Assembly: GCA_041653535.1 (NCBI GenBank) | Contig: JBAZFH010000002.1 | Span: forward strand, 80,160-144,159 | Origin: Patescibacteria group bacterium | GTDB lineage: Bacteria > Patescibacteriota > Patescibacteriia > JACRDY01 | Length of the DNA stretch: 64,000 nt | Reading direction: 5' to 3' | Part shown: in pieces, positions 1-9,312 of the stretch | Layout: the number at the start of each line of letters is the position of its first letter | How positions within the stretch are numbered: position 1 is the first letter of the stretch | Notes under the pieces: model-generated | What the model was told of the DNA's origin: nothing | The model's database searches: none | Seen by the model: only the letters and a program-made list of their open reading frames with translations | Translations under genes and position numbers: made by a program

Positions 1-37
1 ATCACGACAACGACGAGTACCTGAAGATCCGAATTAC

Positions 38-265
38 ATGGGTCCGATAGGGGGAGCAACAGCGTCTCAAAAAAAACACCCCCGCATGATATTTGAAGGA
101 AAGCACGAGAGTATTGATGAGCGAGATTTTGAAAAAAATCATTCAGTGCTTAACGAAGATAAGCCAATGTGGGTAACAATAGATATTAGCGAAACCGATC
201 CGTCAGTAAAAGACAATCCTTCACCTATCATCGCGCCGCGAGTGCGCCGACTAGACCTTGATTGA
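38..265 (+). CDS. small hypothetical protein (paralog A; conserved C-terminal TDPS..SPI(I/L)APRxRRL motif)
   Basis: ORF from track; its C-terminus is shared with the next ORF at protein and DNA level; no family recognised. Confidence 0.3.
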   Translation: MGPIGGATASQKKHPRMIFEGKHESIDERDFEKNHSVLNEDKPMWVTIDISETDPSVKDNPSPIIAPRVRRLDLD

Positions 266-277
266 AGGGGGGACAAA

Positions 278-547
278 ATGAGAATAATACCTGAATTTGA
301 CGATCCAAACTACTGTGGCTGGGTTGGCGCGTGTACCTGCTTTAGGAGATTGCCGCATTCTCGGTGGCACCAGAACCCGAGGGCAGTATTGGTTAGCGAA
401 CGCAAGTTTGAACCTCTGCGTGTTCAACAGCGTCGGCGGAAAATGCCTGCGTTTGAAACGGAAGATATTACCGAAACCGACCCTTCGGCGGCCGGTAAGT
501 CTTCACCTATACTCGCGCCAAGAGAGCGTCGGCTGAATTCCGTATAA
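278..547 (+). CDS. small hypothetical protein (paralog B of the preceding ORF)
   Basis: C-terminal ~25 aa similar to ORF 38-265 (ETDPS...SPILAPRERRL). Confidence 0.3.
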   Translation: MRIIPEFDDPNYCGWVGACTCFRRLPHSRWHQNPRAVLVSERKFEPLRVQQRRRKMPAFETEDITETDPSAAGKSSPILAPRERRLNSV

Positions 548-606
548 ATATCTATGGGGCGAGAGACGGTCCTTTCGCCCCCAGTTTTCTAAAAAGGAGA
601 TTTGCC

Positions 607-1011
607 ATGAACGATATCTTTATAAGAATCGTATTAGGGCATCTGGTCGGAGACTATCTGCTGCAAACCAAACATATGGCGTTGCGCAAATCTGATAAAG
701 GCTGGACCGGGGTTAAGCAATGCTTGATTCATTGCTTTATCTACACTGCGACTATTTGCCTTTTTGCTTGGTGGGTAGACCCGCTCTTTATTGTGTTGGT
801 TTTTGTCAGCCACTACCCCATCGACCGCTGGTCACTCGGTGGCGCTTGGTTAAAGATGATCCGTGGACGTACCTTTGTCGCAGCCTATACTTCGACCGAC
901 AAATACCGCGAATTTGACGTCGCTTTCACTAGTATTGTCTACACCGTGACCGACAACACCATGCATATCGTTTTGTTGTGGTTGATTGTACGGTTGCTGA
1001 TTGTCTGCTAG
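607..1011 (+). CDS. membrane protein, possibly DUF3307-like (HLVGDYLLQ motif)
   Basis: hydrophobic segments; N-terminal GHLVGDYLLQ recalled from DUF3307 proteins; ATG follows a GGAG. Confidence 0.4.
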   Translation: MNDIFIRIVLGHLVGDYLLQTKHMALRKSDKGWTGVKQCLIHCFIYTATICLFAWWVDPLFIVLVFVSHYPIDRWSLGGAWLKMIRGRTFVAAYTSTDKYREFDVAFTSIVYTVTDNTMHIVLLWLIVRLLIVC

Positions 1012-1020
1012 GAGGAAAAA

Positions 1021-1404
1021 ATGGAAAATGACTGTCCTTACCAGTTTCACGAGTTTAGTGTTGGTGATCGAGTGGTATTAACGGATAATATTCTTCTCCA
1101 GATGCAAAGGGAAAAAAATGGCGGTGTAACTATTAGCGGTCCAGGTTTGTATGAGGAAAATATTCCTTTTGAACTGGCTAGTCCCGACAATATTTACACG
1201 GTGTCGGCAGTAAAAAAAGAAACCCGCGGAGTTTGGGAGTCCACGTTTCAGCTTTGCGAGGAGACTCTGGAGTTCTATGACTTTCTTTTAATAGAGGTCG
1301 AGGGATATCCTGGTCGTTTCTTCATGTCATATTTTTTTAAGACGGCACGTAAGACATCCTCCATATCACGACTTTTACGAGTTGTTAGGCGGTCCGGACG
1401 GTAA
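1021..1404 (+). CDS. hypothetical protein
   Basis: ORF follows an RBS (aggaggaaaaaATG) and ends at an intrinsic terminator. Confidence 0.4.
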   Translation: MENDCPYQFHEFSVGDRVVLTDNILLQMQREKNGGVTISGPGLYEENIPFELASPDNIYTVSAVKKETRGVWESTFQLCEETLEFYDFLLIEVEGYPGRFFMSYFFKTARKTSSISRLLRVVRRSGR

Positions 1405-1421
1405 GCGTTAAACATCAACAA

Positions 1422-1455
1422 AACCCCTGTGCTTCAATAGCATGGGGGTTTTTAA
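1422..1455 (+). terminator. intrinsic terminator (hairpin + T-run); copy 1 of a duplicated 40-nt module
   Basis: aaaacccctgtgcttcaatagcatgggggttttt. Confidence 0.6.
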
Positions 1456-1636
1456 GTATGCAGGAGCTTGGTTTATTTCCTGCATACCGTATATCCCAAA
1501 GGGATCGCTTCGCGACTTACCCTTGCATACCTTTTTGTTTGACGGGTTGAATGTATATGTTAAGATATAAAATCATCACGTTAGTTATTTGAAAATTTAA
1601 AATATCAGGTGTCAAATTACTTGAAAGGAGGGCGCG

Positions 1637-2419
1637 ATGTTGAGACGAGGGGTTAACCACGTCAATTACTCTGGTGGCGATTTTTCTGAGGGGCGACCGT
1701 CAAAAAACAATCTTGTTATCGAAATGTTTGGTTCAGAAGAGGCGTTTCGAGAAGCAGAACGACAGATGATGGCTGACCTCGAAGCGCGAGAAAAAACTGC
1801 CAAGGAAAAAAGGCAACATGAACTCTATGGAGATAAGAGGAGTAAAAAGGAAATCGAAAAAGCCAAACAGCAGGAATACCGTCTGGCTGTTCGTTGGCGC
1901 ATGTTGTCAGGAATACAGGAAGCTGCGCCGGTAGCGGGTTTTGCCGTTGGCGATAAGATCACTCCGTTGCGGGTTGTTGGTCCAACCGAAAGAGTCGAGG
2001 AAGACGAACAGATTTGGATTCATCGTCCGTGCATTGATGCTTGGCATGGCCCTATTATGGTCCGATGGCCAGAAGGAGCAGGCTTTTTGCCCACCTCGTT
2101 GAAACCGGGCAAAAGCTACACGGTAACCAAGGTGGCGCGTTACGGTTGGTTTAACAAATACGTAGGAGCGGACGCTGATCCTTTTTTTGGAAACCTTCTT
2201 CGTAGCTACACTGTTGAAGAGTTTTATTACGTCCAGTTGATTCAGTTGGCAGGTCAGGGAGACAAATGGTATAGCGCGCCGTTTTTCGTTCGCTTTGGTT
2301 TATGCGCCGAAGGTCAAGATCCTTTTCCCGCCAAGTTAAACCGTCTTTTCCGAGATGGTCGCGGTGATTGGGTCAAAAAGATTTCGGGCAAACCCATCAA
2401 GCAGAAAAAAAAGAAATAA
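1637..2419 (+). CDS. hypothetical protein (moderately GC-rich)
   Basis: 260-aa ORF with an RBS-like aaggagg upstream and the same terminator module downstream. Confidence 0.45.
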   Translation: MLRRGVNHVNYSGGDFSEGRPSKNNLVIEMFGSEEAFREAERQMMADLEAREKTAKEKRQHELYGDKRSKKEIEKAKQQEYRLAVRWRMLSGIQEAAPVAGFAVGDKITPLRVVGPTERVEEDEQIWIHRPCIDAWHGPIMVRWPEGAGFLPTSLKPGKSYTVTKVARYGWFNKYVGADADPFFGNLLRSYTVEEFYYVQLIQLAGQGDKWYSAPFFVRFGLCAEGQDPFPAKLNRLFRDGRGDWVKKISGKPIKQKKKK

Positions 2420-2429
2420 TCATCAACAA

Positions 2430-2462
2430 AACCCCTGTGCTTCAACAGCATGGGGTTTTTTA
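2430..2462 (+). terminator. intrinsic terminator; copy 2 of the duplicated module
   Basis: catcaacaaaacccctgtgcttcaacagcatggggtttttt, nearly identical to 1411-1455. Confidence 0.6.
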
Positions 2463-2531
2463 ATTAGTATATAGGTCTTAGTATTTAGCGGTTAGCCAAA
2501 TACTAGATACCAAGACCTAAATACTTGCTTG

Positions 2532-3008
2532 TTAATTGCTAGTTCGTTTTTTTATATCGAACTGCTTTAGACAATAGCCCGCGGCGCCGACCACGATCAA
2601 GATGTCGGCGATATTGAACACCGGCCAGAAATTAAAATTGATATAATCAATCACTCCCCCGTAAGCCAGCCGGTCGATCAGGTTGGATAGCGCGCCAAGG
2701 ATGATAATAGTCAAAAAGATAGCTGCAGAAACTTTTTTATTTTGGTATTCTTTGATAGTTATGTAGACGAGAAATAAAATAACCACGCCGGTGATGGCCG
2801 AAATAATTTTTTGACTATCGCTGCCAAAAAGGTCGAGACTAAAAGCCATTCTTTCGTTTTGCCAAAACTGTAAGGTGAATATTTTAAAATCCCGAATCAC
2901 TTCGGGATTTTTTAGCAAATAAAATTTTATTAATCGGTCAAAGGCAAATAGAATGAAAATGACTAGGTTTAAAACGGTAATTCGCAGCGTTTTCATGGCT
3001 GATTTCAA
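2532..3008 (-). CDS. lspA: lipoprotein signal peptidase (signal peptidase II)
   Basis: 4-TM protein with the GALSNLIDRL and FNIADILIV motifs characteristic of LspA. Confidence 0.85.
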   Translation of the reverse strand: MKSAMKTLRITVLNLVIFILFAFDRLIKFYLLKNPEVIRDFKIFTLQFWQNERMAFSLDLFGSDSQKIISAITGVVILFLVYITIKEYQNKKVSAAIFLTIIILGALSNLIDRLAYGGVIDYINFNFWPVFNIADILIVVGAAGYCLKQFDIKKRTSN

Positions 3009-3367
3009 GACACTTTAGTTAGGCGATTTTTGCATGATATACATGCGGAAGAAGACGGACGGGCAAGCAGCCTTTTTTCATCAATCGGTTTGCCGCAGTA
3101 TTTGCAGATACCGTAAGTGCCATCATCGATATGCTTTAACGCTTTTTCAATATCGTGTAAGCTGGCCTGCAAGCTTTCTTCGATCGGAAGGTTATCGCTG
3201 TATTCCGCAACTTCAGCGGCATTATCATCTTCTTTGTCGCCGAATTCGGGAAATTTAGAATCAGTGGCGTCTTCATTACCGCCGGTAAAGACCGATAATT
3301 CCTTTTCTATTTTTTCTTTGCGTTCCAAAAGGTCGTTTTTTATTTTTTCTAAAGTTTTCTTGTTCAT
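3005..3367 (-). CDS. DksA/TraR-family C4 zinc-finger protein
   Basis: C-terminal CKYCGKPI...RLLARPSSSACISC four-Cys motif; acidic N-terminus; 4-nt overlap with lspA. Confidence 0.75.
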   Translation of the reverse strand: MNKKTLEKIKNDLLERKEKIEKELSVFTGGNEDATDSKFPEFGDKEDDNAAEVAEYSDNLPIEESLQASLHDIEKALKHIDDGTYGICKYCGKPIDEKRLLARPSSSACISCKNRLTKVS

Positions 3368-3799
3368 ATAAAGATTTGTTTTGTTTACCTCATTATAGCC
3401 TAAACAGATACTAAATAGCCAGTGTTCGGCTGGATAGTAGGCGTAATTATCTCAAAACAGCAGCTTTTGTCAATATTGGTTAAAATTTAGACAAAACAAA
3501 AAGGCGCAAGCTATAACCCAAATTTGTATTAATACATGGTTGCCGCGCCTTATGCGCTCGGGAAACACTTTATGGTCGTCCGTCACTTATTGGCAACATT
3601 GGTTACCCGCAAGTGGTGGACGACTCATAAATAGACTTTTTGCCCGAACAATGATGATTTTTCAAAACGTTTTTTGCCCCTGAAAACGTTACCGATTCAC
3701 CGGATCTTGGTAAATAGTGGATTTAGCACTTCTACCATTTTGCTTTTTGTTTTTTGTTGGGTAAGGGAGCTTCTTACCGGTTTAAATAAGATCGAGTAA

Positions 3800-4015
3800 A
3801 TTGGTGCATAGATAACGGAAGTTATCTACACATGTATTATACCATATATTTTAAACCACATCAATTTACGCAAGTGTTGTTTTTTGTTTAAGTTTAGATG
3901 AAAAAAAATGTGGATATTTACGTATTTTTTATTTTCTGTTCTTTTTTACTTTAAATTTTAATCAAGATGTTAACAGGATATCCACAAATAATGAAAAAAT
4001 GTGGATAAAGATTGA
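3800..4015. promoter_or_regulatory. cluster of DnaA-box-like 9-mers in a 640-bp AT-rich intergenic region (candidate oriC)
   Basis: tgtggataa (perfect, rc TTATCCACA) at 4003-4011; atatccaca at 3981-3989; tgtggatat at 3909-3916; ttatctaca at 3816-3824; AT-rich tract 4020-4045. Confidence 0.4.
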
Positions 4016-4044
4016 TTTAAAAATTTATTTAATTTTAAATAAAA

Positions 4045-5505
4045 CTATTTTAGACAGCCAGATATACCATAATCGGTCATTTTGAATGCCGAAATACTAA
4101 AAACTTCCCTATATCTAGCCAAAAAATTATTAGCCATGGTTTCTTGGAAGTTAAAAAACATTTGTGGATTAGCAATCTTCTGGCAAAAAGAGGTTAAATT
4201 AATGTTTTTTTCGCCGTTTATTAGCTGTTTAGTGGCGTCGAGCGATGTTGAGAGAATCAAGACGTCATCAATCTGCCCAAAAATAATTTTTAGTTTTGGC
4301 GCCTCTAGGTATTTTAGTTCGTATTTTCCGATTATTTCCGTTTTGGCGTCAAATCTTTTGGGATTAGCTACTAACTCGGTGTATATTGATTTATCCGGTA
4401 GCGACCTTTTTACTTTTTCGGGATACTGGTGGGCGAGGATGTTTTGTAGAATCCTATTAACGGTTTCCAGCGAGTTTTTGTCTTTGTTTTTTATGATAAA
4501 AGTATAAAACAGCTTGTTATCTTCTTTGGTAATAATGATTTGTGTTTGATTGTCCAAATATTTTTCTATTTCCGGAAAAGAAAACCGAAAAGTTTGTTCA
4601 TATGCTTGCCAGGTGCTGAATAGGTCTAAAAATTCTTTTGGTGAAAATTTTTGTAGCTGAACGGAAAAAAGACGGGAAAAATTCAAAAAATTTTCAGCGG
4701 CAATAGAAAAAGTTGTACTTGGCGGCAATTTTTTGGTGATTAGGTTGGCGCCTTTACCAAAATCGATACTTGATTTAATGTTAAAGTTAAAATTTTTATC
4801 TGCCGATATGTAAAAAGCTTTTATGTCGTTGTTTTTGAGGTAGTTTTGTAAAAGGGAAGAAAATATGGGAAAAGAAAGGTTTTTTTGTAATATTTCAGGG
4901 CGTAAAAAAATTTTTAACAAACCACGATCGTAAGCAGATAGCCAGCGATTGTTTTTAACGATCGACTGTTGTCGCTTGATTATGGTCGGGGCAGGAGCAG
5001 AGGTGTCCAGAGGGGCGATCAAATAGCGGCTGCCGGCGAATATTATTGTTTTTTGTCCGGAAATAATATTTTTTATTTCTTTTGGTTTTAGTATTTTGAT
5101 AACAAAATACCAATTATCGTCTTTGTTTAAATAAAGTCCGATTTCCCGGTCAATGTGGTTTTTGACAACAGAGATGTCAAAAGGCGGTAGTCCAGACATT
5201 CTTTCATCAATATCATCAAAAAATATACTGAAAAATTTTTCCGCCGGCGTACCGCTTTGTTCCAGGGGTAAATAGTTAAGATGTATATATATTTGCGCGT
5301 CAGCGGGGACAAATTGCGCTAGGTTGTCACCATTACGATTGCGACTGATAGCTAAAAATAAAATCCCGCTGAATATTATAATGATGGCGAGTAAAAATAA
5401 GATTGTTGCCAGGTGGCGAGGGCGGATGAGTTTGAGTTTTGCGAGTAGACGCTGGATCATGGTTTGATTATAACAAATAACAGGGTAATAGAGTAACGGG
5501 GGCAA
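4045..5505 (-). CDS. membrane-anchored hypothetical protein (N-terminal TM helix; start may be the internal Met at 5460)
   Basis: 486-aa ORF with a single N-terminal hydrophobic helix; no recognised domain. Confidence 0.5.
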   Translation of the reverse strand: MPPLLYYPVICYNQTMIQRLLAKLKLIRPRHLATILFLLAIIIIFSGILFLAISRNRNGDNLAQFVPADAQIYIHLNYLPLEQSGTPAEKFFSIFFDDIDERMSGLPPFDISVVKNHIDREIGLYLNKDDNWYFVIKILKPKEIKNIISGQKTIIFAGSRYLIAPLDTSAPAPTIIKRQQSIVKNNRWLSAYDRGLLKIFLRPEILQKNLSFPIFSSLLQNYLKNNDIKAFYISADKNFNFNIKSSIDFGKGANLITKKLPPSTTFSIAAENFLNFSRLFSVQLQKFSPKEFLDLFSTWQAYEQTFRFSFPEIEKYLDNQTQIIITKEDNKLFYTFIIKNKDKNSLETVNRILQNILAHQYPEKVKRSLPDKSIYTELVANPKRFDAKTEIIGKYELKYLEAPKLKIIFGQIDDVLILSTSLDATKQLINGEKNINLTSFCQKIANPQMFFNFQETMANNFLARYREVFSISAFKMTDYGISGCLK

Positions 5506-5684
5506 CTATAGAAATATAAAAGACACATAAATTGAGGCTCAGTATTGACAAAAAAATGTGTTTATATTAAGCTGCGACGATGCCTTTTGAAAATTGAATA
5601 TAGAGTAGAAAATAATGTTTTGTTAAAGGTTCGGGAAAGTGAACAGAGCCAATTTTTGGCTCGCTAAACCAAGGGAGACTTGAG

Positions 5685-6485
5685 ATGAAGATGAAAATGG
5701 CGTTCTTTTTTTGTGTGGTTATTTTCGTCGTGTCGTTGATCGGTTGCACGGTCGCTCCTAAAGCCTGCGAGGAAGCGGTGCTTGTCAAACAGCCGTGGAT
5801 TTTCGGCTCCGGTGGTATCGACCCGACGCCCGTTAAAACCGGTCTGAAATACGTGGCGCCGAGCACTCACGCGGTGATCGTTTCGACGTCGCCGCAGCAG
5901 TTTGCCATTCATTTTGACGATTTGATGTCAAGTGATGGCGTTCCGCTGGATTTCGATAGCGTGATCCGGCTCCAGGTTCTGGATTCGGTTAGTCTGGTCA
6001 AAAACTTCGGCGCCGACTGGTATAAGTTGAACGTCGAGAAGGAATTTATGAATCGAGTTCGGCAGGCCGTGCGTAAGCATGGCATGAACGAGACGGCCAT
6101 CAATACCGTTGCCATCGACGCTATCGACGCGGAGGTGTCGGAGGAGATGACCAAGTATCTAAAAGAGAAGACTGTTCCGGTCGCCCTTATCGGAGTGACG
6201 ATTGGAAAGGCGAATCCTCCCGACGCGATCAAATCGCAACGGATCGCGACTGCTGAGCAACAGCAGCGTATCCTGACCGAACAACAACGGAAGCTGGCGG
6301 AAGACCAACGCAAGCTGGCGGAAAAGTCCCGCGCTGCCGCCGATAACGCTTATCGGGAAGACATGTCGTTGTCTCCTGATCAATTTCTGCGTCTTGAAAG
6401 CATCAAGATGCAGCGTGAAGTTTGTTCCGGCGGCAAATGCACGTTTCTTTATGGCGGCGCATCCGCCGTCTATGACGTGAAATAA
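5685..6485 (+). CDS. SPFH/band-7-like lipoprotein (GC-rich)
   Basis: signal peptide with an LIGC lipobox; SPFH-like core; C-terminal QQQRILTEQQRKLAEDQRKLAE coiled coil; GC content well above surroundings. Confidence 0.55.
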   Translation: MKMKMAFFFCVVIFVVSLIGCTVAPKACEEAVLVKQPWIFGSGGIDPTPVKTGLKYVAPSTHAVIVSTSPQQFAIHFDDLMSSDGVPLDFDSVIRLQVLDSVSLVKNFGADWYKLNVEKEFMNRVRQAVRKHGMNETAINTVAIDAIDAEVSEEMTKYLKEKTVPVALIGVTIGKANPPDAIKSQRIATAEQQQRILTEQQRKLAEDQRKLAEKSRAAADNAYREDMSLSPDQFLRLESIKMQREVCSGGKCTFLYGGASAVYDVK

Positions 6486-6499
6486 TTTTTTTCAGCACC

Positions 6500-6533
6500 A
6501 AAAACCCCGTACAAAGATGTACGGGGTTTTTTA
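6500..6533 (+). terminator. intrinsic terminator
   Basis: aaaaccccgtacaaagatgtacggggtttttt. Confidence 0.65.
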
Positions 6534-6595
6534 TAACCTTTTGCCCTGCGCGGGCGGCGGATACTTTCTGCAAACAGAAAGTATCAAAAGATTTT

Positions 6596-6697
6596 CTGGG
6601 GTGGCATAAGCCCGAGTTTTATAGCACCTTACGGTTCTCTAAACCCGCCTCGTCCGCCGCGGCGGACTTCGGCTCGGGGCAACGCCACCCCAGAACC
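6596..6697. ncRNA. GC-rich structured intergenic element (possible small RNA or repeat)
   Basis: 11-bp closing stem tctggggtggc/gccaccccaga; inner stem cccgag/ctcggg; 16-bp palindrome gtccgccgcggcggac. Confidence 0.3.
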
Positions 6698-6825
6698 CCC
6701 GAGGTTTAGCATTTTATCTTTTTAAAAATAAAGTCAAAAGTATTCCCGTGTAGTCCGCGGTGTTACTGGCGTTTTTCTAAATACTATATACCAGCCCCTA
6801 TATACTCAACCGTGGTTAGAAAACA

Positions 6826-6858
6826 AAAACGTCCCGTTATAAACAGGACGTTTTTTAT
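6826..6858 (-). terminator. bidirectional hairpin terminator downstream of pnp
   Basis: aaaaacgtcccgttataaacaggacgtttttt. Confidence 0.55.
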
Positions 6859-6871
6859 TTAAGGGTAAAGT

Positions 6872-9139
6872 TTAGAATCTTGGTTTGCGAGGACCACCAC
6901 GATGAGGACCGTTGTTACGACCGTGGTTATTGTCACGCTCTCCGCCAGCCGCGCGTGGATCGTCTTTGTAGTTTGGATCCAGTCGTTTTATCGAGAGATT
7001 AATTCTACCTTGATCGTCAATTTCTTTGACAATTACTTTGACCTTGTCGCCGATATTTACCACATCGGTAACTTTTTCAGTCCGACCGGCTGCTAGCTCG
7101 GAAATATGCACTAGACCGTCTTGCTTTGGTAGGATTTCAACAAAGGCGCCAAAGTCCATTATTCGAACAACAGTACCTTCGTAAACTTCGCCGGCTTGGA
7201 CTTCTTTGACGATATTATTGATCCAATCAACGGCTTGTTTTACTTTTTCCTGATCAATACCTGTTACCATCACTAGACCGGTTTGTTCGATGTCGATTTG
7301 TACGCCAGTGGCGTCAATGATTTCATTAATCACCTTGCCGCCAGGTCCGATAACTTCGCGAATCTTATCAACTTTGATATAAAAGGAAACGATACGTGGA
7401 GCATAAGGTGACATTTCTGCTCGTGGAGTCGGAATTACTCGTTCCATGACATCGAGGATTTTTTCGCGACCGGCTTTGGCGCGAGATAAAGCTTGTTCGA
7501 TAATATCTAGATCAAGACCGTCGGTTTTAGTATCCATCTGGACGGCGGTAATACCGTCGCGAGTGCCGGTAACTTTGAAATCCATACCGCCAGCTCCGTC
7601 TTCTAGATCTTGTAGATCGGTCAGTAGTTTATATTTGCCACTGCCATCGCTAGCTAGACCAATAGCCACACCGGCGACGTGCTTTTTGATCGGCACGCCG
7701 GCGTCCATTAGTGCCAGAGACGATCCGCAGGTTGATCCCATAGAGGACGAACCGTTGGAACTCATAACTTCAGAGACTACGCGAATAGTGTAAGGGAAAT
7801 CTTCCTTGGCCGGTAGGACCGGGATCAAGGCTTTTTCCGCTAAAGCGCCGTGACCAATAGCGCGTCGGCCAACAGAGCCCATGCGGCCAGTTTCGCCATA
7901 GCTATATGGAGCATCGTTGTAATGATGCATGTAGCGTTTTTTGCCGTCTTCTTCCATTGAGTCGAGAGTCTGTTCATCTCCAGGTGAACCAAGAGTCACG
8001 GTAGAAAGGATTTGAGTCTCGCCGCGATTGAACAGCGCTGAGCCGTGAGTGCGCGGGAGCAGACCGACCTCGCAAGCCAGCGGGCGGATTTCATCAAGTT
8101 TACGTCCGTCGACACGTTGGTCGTTTTCCAGTATCGCTTTAGTAATTTGCACTTCGATAAATTTATCAAAATCTTTCAGGACCTTTTTACGGTTCTCTTT
8201 GCTCACTTGCTTTTCTAGCAGCATCGCTTCTACCTTTTCTTTTAACTCATCTAGGACGATATGGCGTTCTCTTTTAGTTCCTTTTGGGGTGTTAAAAAGA
8301 TACTGGTCAAGGTTTTGCAAGATAAAGGTGTGGGTCTCAGCTTCGATTTCTTCATAAGCTTTTTCCGCTTCCACGGCTTCTGTCGGAGTTTCTTCTTCGG
8401 GAAATTCAGCTTCGGCTTTTTCTTCGATTACTTCGGTCATTGAGATTTTTTCCTTACCTACCGCGGCGCGAATTTCTTCTATGAATTCAATTAATTTTTT
8501 GCCGTGTTTCATGCCAAAGGCAACGGCGTTATAAAAGTCAGATTCGCTGATTTCGTTGGCCGCGGCTTCAAACATCATTACTTTTTCTTTGGTCATAGAA
8601 AAAGCGATATCGCAAACGGATTTTTCTCTGGCGGTATAAGTCGGGTTGAGTACCCATTCGCCGTTGATTTGTCCGACACGGATACCTGCTAGCGGTCCGT
8701 TCCATGGGATATTGGAAATGTGCAGGGCAATCGACGCGGCGATCATGCCAACGACATCGGGATCGTTTTCACCATCAACGGAAAGCGCGGTGAGTATCAC
8801 TTGGACTTCATTGCGCAACTGTTCCGGAAAAAGCGGGCGCATACCGCGATCGATCATACGACCGGAGAGTACGGCTTCGTCGGTTGGTCTGCCTTCGCGT
8901 TTGATAAAGCGGCTGCCTTTGATTTTGCCGGCAGCGTACATTTTTTCTTCATAATCAACCATGAGCGGGAAGTAATCTATTCCCTCTCGCGGTTCCGGTG
9001 ACATAACGGCCGTAGCCAAAATAACCGTATCTCCGTATTGGACGGTACAGCTGGCATTGGTGTGTAGGGCTAGTTTCCCTACTTCTACTGTGAGTTTTTG
9101 GCCGGCAAACTCTGTAGAGAAGTTTTTCACTTCTGACAT
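6872..9139 (-). CDS. pnp: polynucleotide phosphorylase (polyribonucleotide nucleotidyltransferase)
   Basis: two RNase PH domains, KH and S1 domains; conserved PNPase motifs; position after rpsO. Confidence 0.95.
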   Translation of the reverse strand: MSEVKNFSTEFAGQKLTVEVGKLALHTNASCTVQYGDTVILATAVMSPEPREGIDYFPLMVDYEEKMYAAGKIKGSRFIKREGRPTDEAVLSGRMIDRGMRPLFPEQLRNEVQVILTALSVDGENDPDVVGMIAASIALHISNIPWNGPLAGIRVGQINGEWVLNPTYTAREKSVCDIAFSMTKEKVMMFEAAANEISESDFYNAVAFGMKHGKKLIEFIEEIRAAVGKEKISMTEVIEEKAEAEFPEEETPTEAVEAEKAYEEIEAETHTFILQNLDQYLFNTPKGTKRERHIVLDELKEKVEAMLLEKQVSKENRKKVLKDFDKFIEVQITKAILENDQRVDGRKLDEIRPLACEVGLLPRTHGSALFNRGETQILSTVTLGSPGDEQTLDSMEEDGKKRYMHHYNDAPYSYGETGRMGSVGRRAIGHGALAEKALIPVLPAKEDFPYTIRVVSEVMSSNGSSSMGSTCGSSLALMDAGVPIKKHVAGVAIGLASDGSGKYKLLTDLQDLEDGAGGMDFKVTGTRDGITAVQMDTKTDGLDLDIIEQALSRAKAGREKILDVMERVIPTPRAEMSPYAPRIVSFYIKVDKIREVIGPGGKVINEIIDATGVQIDIEQTGLVMVTGIDQEKVKQAVDWINNIVKEVQAGEVYEGTVVRIMDFGAFVEILPKQDGLVHISELAAGRTEKVTDVVNIGDKVKVIVKEIDDQGRINLSIKRLDPNYKDDPRAAGGERDNNHGRNNGPHRGGPRKPRF

Positions 9140-9239
9140 ATTTAGTTTGTTTAGCCCGGCCGCAGATTATTGTTACGTGGCTGACTACAAAAATAGTCAG
9201 GTCATCTAACAACAATGTTATTGGCCGGATTGTTTAATT

Positions 9240-9306
9240 GGTAGCGGGTAGTGAGTAGCGAGTACAGAGCAGATATTTTTACTCACTACTCGCTACCCAC
9301 TACTCG
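9240..9306 (-). promoter_or_regulatory. pnp 5' leader stem-loop (16-bp imperfect hairpin)
   Basis: ggtagcgggtagtgagtagcgagta ... tactcactactcgctacccactactcg between NYN gene and pnp start. Confidence 0.4.
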
Positions 9307-9312
9307 TTGATA

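Noticed and set aside
6902-9001. Multiple short ORFs antisense to pnp (and similar ones antisense to polA, smc, ychF and the malic enzyme gene)
   Set aside because: They are antisense shadows of long, well-supported genes
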